From assembly GCF_000341395.1 (NCBI RefSeq), contig NC_020304.1:3120001-3152000 (forward strand): a DNA stretch of 32,000 bases, read 5' to 3'. The translations under genes and the position numbers were made by a program. This DNA comes from Desulfocapsa sulfexigens DSM 10523 (GTDB lineage: Bacteria; Desulfobacterota; Desulfobulbia; Desulfobulbales; Desulfocapsaceae). Position 1 is the first letter of the stretch. Every line of letters begins with the position of its first letter. Shown piece by piece: positions 27,594 through 32,000 of the stretch. The notes under the pieces were generated by a model. The model ran no database searches. It worked only from the letters and a program-made list of their open reading frames with translations, and was not told the DNA's origin.

Positions 27594-29420
27594 ATGCTTT
27601 TACGTTTTTCTTTCTTACTCGCCCTTTGTTTCTGCATGAATTGGGGCACCTGTTCCTATGCTGCTCACGGGGTATCCATTGATGGAGTGCTCAAGTATGG
27701 CCCTGAGTTTGAACAATTTGACTACGTCTCCGCAAAGGCAGAAAAGGGCGGTAAGCTCCTGCTTCACGACAATGGCAGTTTTGACAAAATGAACCCTTTT
27801 ACCTTGAAGGGAACGGCACCTTTCGGTCTTGAAATGTTTGTTTTTGAGCCACTGGCCGTGGGATCACTGGATGAACCCTTTGCAGAGTATGGCCTGATTG
27901 CGAGTGACATTGCACTTGCCGCCGATCACCTTTCCATGATCTTTACCATCGATAAAAATGCCAGATTTTCCGACGGAAGTGCAGTAACTCCTGAAGATGT
28001 GAAGTTTTCACTGGAAACATTTAAAAGTGATAAAGTTCATCCTTTTTATCCCTATTATTATCAGGATATTCAGGAGGCCAGGGTGCTTGATGAACACCGG
28101 GTACAGTTTGTTTTCAGTCGTACTAATCGTGAACTGCATATGATTGCATCACAGATCCCTGTGCTTTCCAGAGAATTCTATTCAAAGCATCCTTTTGGAG
28201 GTGAGGACCATAAAGATGTGATGACAGCGCCCATCGGTTCCGGGCCATATGTAGTGAAAAGTTTTCATCAGGGACGTTCCATCAGTTACAGTAAAAATCC
28301 TCATTATTGGGCAGTGAATCATCCCACCCGAAAGGGCATGTTTAATTTTGAAGAAATAGTTGTCAATTATTATAAAGACCAGATAGTTGCTGTTGAGGCA
28401 TTTAAAGCCGGTGAGTTTGATTTTATGTTGGTCAACATAGCCAAACAATGGGCCAGGGATATGGTTGGAAAACGCTTTGACAATGGGCAGCTGGTGAAAA
28501 AAAGCTTCCCTCATAAGAACAATGCTGGGATGCAGGGGTTTTTGATGAACACTCGAAGGCCTTTATTTCAGGATGAACGAGTTCGGCAGGCCCTGGGACT
28601 TGCTTTTGACTTTGAGTGGACCAATAAGTCTCTTTTTTACAATCAGTACACAAGAAGCAGTTCTTATTTCAGCAATTCCTACCTGGCAGCCAGTGGCCTG
28701 CCAACCGGACTTGAATTATCCTACCTTGAGCCCTTTAGAGACGTCCTTCCAGAAGAAGTTTTCACAACCGCTCCTGTCGCCCCGGACTCCAGTGGCAAAA
28801 ATGGTATACGAGGAAATCTGCGAAAGGCAAAAAAACTCCTTGAGCAGGCTGGATGGACCGTTAAGGATGGCGTCTTGCAAAATAGTGAGGGAAGGACTTT
28901 TCATTTTGAAATCCTTCTCGCTTCCCCCTCATTTGAAAGGGTGATGGCACCCTATGTGAATAACCTGAAAAAGATTGGTATACTAGTTGATTACCGAACA
29001 ATTGATCCTGCTCTTTACACCGATCGTGTTCAAAAATTTGATTTTGATATGATAGTTCATGTGTATGGGCAATCCCTGTCTCCTGGCAACGAACAGAAGA
29101 ATTTCTGGCATTCAGAGTCTGCCGACCACCCTGGATCAAGAAATCTAGCCGGTATAAAAAATCCTGCTGTTGATGGTATGGTTGATAAAATCATTTATGC
29201 CAAAACTCAGGAAGAGCTCACTGCCGCCTGCAGGGCACTGGATCGTATCCTCTGGTACGGATATTATCTTGTCCCAAACTGGTATTTGAATGTGCATCGT
29301 TTAGCCTATCATAATAAATTCAGTCAACCGGAGACTCTGCCACTCTATTATAATCACTTTCAACTTCTTATGACTTGGTGGGCCAGGAATGGAGAAAATA
29401 TGGTAACGGATAAGCAGTAA
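27594..29420 (+). CDS. Periplasmic extracellular solute-binding protein, family 5 / YejA-like
   Basis: 608 aa with N-terminal signal-like segment MLLRFSFLLALCFCMNWGTCSYAAHG; FDYVSAKAEKGG, LTLKGTAPFGLEMFVFEPL, SDGSAVTPEDVKFSLETF, APIGSGPYVVKSF. Confidence 0.9.
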   Translation: MLLRFSFLLALCFCMNWGTCSYAAHGVSIDGVLKYGPEFEQFDYVSAKAEKGGKLLLHDNGSFDKMNPFTLKGTAPFGLEMFVFEPLAVGSLDEPFAEYGLIASDIALAADHLSMIFTIDKNARFSDGSAVTPEDVKFSLETFKSDKVHPFYPYYYQDIQEARVLDEHRVQFVFSRTNRELHMIASQIPVLSREFYSKHPFGGEDHKDVMTAPIGSGPYVVKSFHQGRSISYSKNPHYWAVNHPTRKGMFNFEEIVVNYYKDQIVAVEAFKAGEFDFMLVNIAKQWARDMVGKRFDNGQLVKKSFPHKNNAGMQGFLMNTRRPLFQDERVRQALGLAFDFEWTNKSLFYNQYTRSSSYFSNSYLAASGLPTGLELSYLEPFRDVLPEEVFTTAPVAPDSSGKNGIRGNLRKAKKLLEQAGWTVKDGVLQNSEGRTFHFEILLASPSFERVMAPYVNNLKKIGILVDYRTIDPALYTDRVQKFDFDMIVHVYGQSLSPGNEQKNFWHSESADHPGSRNLAGIKNPAVDGMVDKIIYAKTQEELTAACRALDRILWYGYYLVPNWYLNVHRLAYHNKFSQPETLPLYYNHFQLLMTWWARNGENMVTDKQ

Positions 29421-29429
29421 AGGAAAACT

Positions 29430-31013
29430 ATGATTCCATTCAAAATTTTATTCGTTGATGATGAGGAAATCAATCTTCTCAATTTCAGGATGATTTTCCA
29501 GGAACGATATGAAATCATTACTGCACTTTCAGGTGAAGAAGGTCTGCGCTGTTTTGAAAACACTAAGGATATCGGACTTGTTATTTCTGATCAGCGGATG
29601 CCTGGAATCAGCGGAACTGAAATGCTCAGCAAAATTTACGATATTGATCCAGATCCGATACGAGTTCTCCTTACAGCGCATAGTCAGGTTGAATATGTAC
29701 TTGATGCAATCAATCTTGGCAGGATTTACCAGTATATTCTCAAACCCTGGGATGAAAATACATTAAGTCAGGTCATTGACAGGGCACAAGACCTCTACCA
29801 ACTGAAGAAAGAAAACATCTCTCTCACTGATAAACTTGCAGAAAAAAACAGAAAACTAAAACTTGCAAACAAAAAACTTCTCAATGTTAATATAGAACTG
29901 GAGCGAGATGTTCAAAGAAGGGAAAAACTGGAGGTATCACTCCGGGAAAGCGAAGAGCGGTTCAGGAAATTTGCCAACGCAACACAGGATATTATTGTCC
30001 TTTTCGATATTTCTGGCAGAGGTCTCTACGCAAATCCGGCAGCTGAAAGACTCCTTGGATACAGTGATGATGAATTTCTGCAAAAACCACTCGTTTTTGC
30101 CCTTTGCAGGAAAGACCGTCATATTGTTAAAGAAGAGATTTCCATGCTCCTTACTACCAATCAGGCTCCTCACCCGAGAGAGGTGAGAGTACAGAAAAAG
30201 AATCTGGAATATCTTGATATGGAGATGAATCTCTTCTGTATAGATCTTTCAGGGGGAGAACGTATTATTGGCTCGATGATCCGAGATATTAGCCAGCGTA
30301 AAATTGCCGAAGAAAAACTCCGTCTCTCCGAAAAAAGACTCGGTGATCTTTCTGCCATGCTGATCACAGCACAGGATGATGAACGGCGTCGCCTGGCAAT
30401 GGAATTACACGACGAATTCGGTCAATCTCTTGCTGCTCTTAAATTACAGATAAGAGGCATGGAAAATAGCCTTCACAATAATAATGAATTTCATAAGGAT
30501 AAAATAATAGAGGCATTACGTGAGTTACGACAATATGTGAATATGCAGATAGAAGACGTGAGAAGTCTCTCACGGGAACTCTGGCCTATGATGGTTGATC
30601 ATCTTGGGGTTGATGCAGCATTTGAGAACCTTATTGGAGGGTTTCTAGGACATGCTGAAGTGGAAATCGATGTTAACATGGAACACCTCGGTCGGTTTTT
30701 TCCGGTTGAGGAGCAGAGACATCTATACAGACTTCTGCAGGAATCGCTGAATAATGTTATTAAGCATGCCAATGCAACTGATATACAGGTTAGGGCAAGT
30801 ATTGTTGGAGATGAGATAGTGCTGGCGGTACATGATAATGGCTGTGGATTTGATGTCGAAGCAGTTTCCACATCCACTGGCAAAACCAGGGGCATTGGTT
30901 TACAGGCAATTGCTGAAAGAATGAAAATTTTATGTGGAAAAATGGAAATAAATTCCAGGCCTGGAATGGGGACATCCATTATCTTTACACTTGCTAAAAA
31001 TCGTAACTGCTAA
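29430..31013 (+). CDS. Hybrid receiver-PAS-histidine kinase (HisKA_3 type)
   Basis: 527 aa: ILFVDDEEINLLNF...VISDQRMPGISG receiver; PAS-like SLRESEERFRKFANATQDIIVLFD; DERRRLAMELHDEFGQSLAALKLQ; VHDNGCGFDVE and GIGLQAIAERM. Confidence 0.93.
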   Translation: MIPFKILFVDDEEINLLNFRMIFQERYEIITALSGEEGLRCFENTKDIGLVISDQRMPGISGTEMLSKIYDIDPDPIRVLLTAHSQVEYVLDAINLGRIYQYILKPWDENTLSQVIDRAQDLYQLKKENISLTDKLAEKNRKLKLANKKLLNVNIELERDVQRREKLEVSLRESEERFRKFANATQDIIVLFDISGRGLYANPAAERLLGYSDDEFLQKPLVFALCRKDRHIVKEEISMLLTTNQAPHPREVRVQKKNLEYLDMEMNLFCIDLSGGERIIGSMIRDISQRKIAEEKLRLSEKRLGDLSAMLITAQDDERRRLAMELHDEFGQSLAALKLQIRGMENSLHNNNEFHKDKIIEALRELRQYVNMQIEDVRSLSRELWPMMVDHLGVDAAFENLIGGFLGHAEVEIDVNMEHLGRFFPVEEQRHLYRLLQESLNNVIKHANATDIQVRASIVGDEIVLAVHDNGCGFDVEAVSTSTGKTRGIGLQAIAERMKILCGKMEINSRPGMGTSIIFTLAKNRNC

Positions 31014-31489
31014 TGACAAGCATCACTGTTTATCTGAATACTGTATCTGAGACGGCAAAATTTGGGCATATTCTTGCTCGCCTTGCCCTTCCCGGAGATG
31101 TGATCTGCTTGAGTGGGGATCTCGGTGCAGGGAAAACCACACTCACCCAGCAATTGGCAAGGGGACTGGAAGTGCCGGAATCCTGTTATGTTACCAGTCC
31201 AAGCTTTTCAATCATGCAGGAATACCCCGGACGCATTCCTCTTTATCATTTCGATTTTTATCGTCTTTCTGATGAAACTGAAGTTGAAGATCTTGGTTTC
31301 GAAGAATTCTTTTATCATTCTGGATTGAGCGTGATAGAATGGTCTGAAAGGGCCGGATCGCTTATCCCGGACACACGACTGTTGCTGAAAATGACCATCG
31401 AAAATGAGTCGGCAAGAAGGGTTGAGATTGATTTCGGCAATGGTTCATGGGAAGAGCGTTTACGTTCATATCTTCCCCCTATGATATGA
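31013..31489 (+). CDS. tsaE: tRNA threonylcarbamoyladenosine biosynthesis ATPase TsaE
   Basis: 158 aa: GDLGAGKTTLTQQLARGL, YHFDFYRL, VIEWSERA; overlaps the preceding gene by 1 nt (TAATG). Confidence 0.95.
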   Translation: MTSITVYLNTVSETAKFGHILARLALPGDVICLSGDLGAGKTTLTQQLARGLEVPESCYVTSPSFSIMQEYPGRIPLYHFDFYRLSDETEVEDLGFEEFFYHSGLSVIEWSERAGSLIPDTRLLLKMTIENESARRVEIDFGNGSWEERLRSYLPPMI

Positions 31490-31549
31490 TCTGCCGCAGT
31501 GATTTGCAGATCTTGACAATTTATCCATCCACCGTTTTCCTGGAATGCT

Positions 31550-32000
31550 ATGGACGTTTTTGTTGCCAGACAGCCTATCTTTGATTCTCGTAAAAAGCTC
31601 TTTGCCTATGAATTGCTGTTTCGTACGGGGATGGCCAACGCCTTTCCAGATCTTGACGGGGAAACGGCAACCTCAAGTCTTCTCTCCTCATCCTTTTTTA
31701 CCGTTGGTATTGAACAGATATCCGGTGGGCACAGGTCTTTTATAAATTTCACTGAAGATCTGCTGTTAAAGGGTACCCCTGCCATGCTGCCTGCTGAAAA
31801 TGTAGTTGTAGAAGTGCTTGAAAATGTCAATCCGACGGAGGAGGTTAGGGAGGCCTGTAGAGAACTTGTTGCCAAGGGATACGATCTGGCTCTCGATGAT
31901 TTTGTGTTTACTGAAGAATGGCTCCCCCTCGTTAAAATCGCTAAGGTTATCAAGATCGATTTCCGTCTTACTCCGATTGCAGAAATAGAGAGTATAATTG
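31550..32000 (+). CDS. EAL/HDOD (YuxH-like) signalling protein, N-terminal part (runs off the right edge)
   Basis: Reading from ATG at 31550: MDVFVARQPIFDSRKKLFAYELLFRTGMANAFPDLDGETATSSLL...NFTEDLLLKG...VVEVLENVNPTEEV...LALDDFVF. Confidence 0.85.
   Translation, partial: MDVFVARQPIFDSRKKLFAYELLFRTGMANAFPDLDGETATSSLLSSSFFTVGIEQISGGHRSFINFTEDLLLKGTPAMLPAENVVVEVLENVNPTEEVREACRELVAKGYDLALDDFVFTEEWLPLVKIAKVIKIDFRLTPIAEIESII

Noticed and set aside
27482-27682. 66-aa plus-strand ORF overlapping the start of the solute-binding protein gene
   Set aside because: Overlaps a well-supported signal-peptide start in another frame and contains no motif.
31488-31512. GATCTGC/GCAGATC inverted repeat at the end of tsaE
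   Set aside because: A 7-bp stem with 11-nt loop and no T run; could be chance and is weak as a terminator.

Overview
The window looks like a mostly housekeeping chromosomal segment from a Gram-negative anaerobe. Family composition and gene order suggest a Desulfobacterota-like organism; that lineage is an inference. From left to right it holds: leuS (5' part, minus strand); a ribosomal/replication cluster rpsF-rpsR-DUF2232-rplI-dnaB (minus) with a short mazG-like gene; an AP2-like DNA-binding protein; rplU-rpmA-obgE-proB-proA-nadD (plus); a CheB-like receiver protein with PilZ; bifunctional nnrE/nnrD; a tandem roadblock-like pair; a DUF166 protein; an LptF/LptG permease with a C-terminal Ada-like Cys motif; a 56-aa zinc-ribbon ORF missed by the ORF track; an M23 peptidase and rng; a glycosyltransferase followed by a spore-photoproduct-lyase-like radical SAM protein; ssb; a CbpA-like J-protein; leuC/leuD; a YejA-like solute-binding protein; a receiver-PAS-HisKA_3 kinase; tsaE; and the start of an EAL/HDOD-like gene. 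I see no CRISPR array, transposase, integrase, rRNA, tRNA or obvious defence island. I cannot support a complete undescribed system here. The best leads are the CheB-like protein that lacks the catalytic Ser and His and carries a Cys4 insert, the permease/Ada-like fusion, the partnerless roadblock pair, the AP2-like protein with upstream repeats, the SPL-like enzyme apparently lacking the usual H-donor Cys, and an apparent solute-binding-protein remnant between ssb and the J-protein gene. All domain calls are from sequence reading only; no searches were run.
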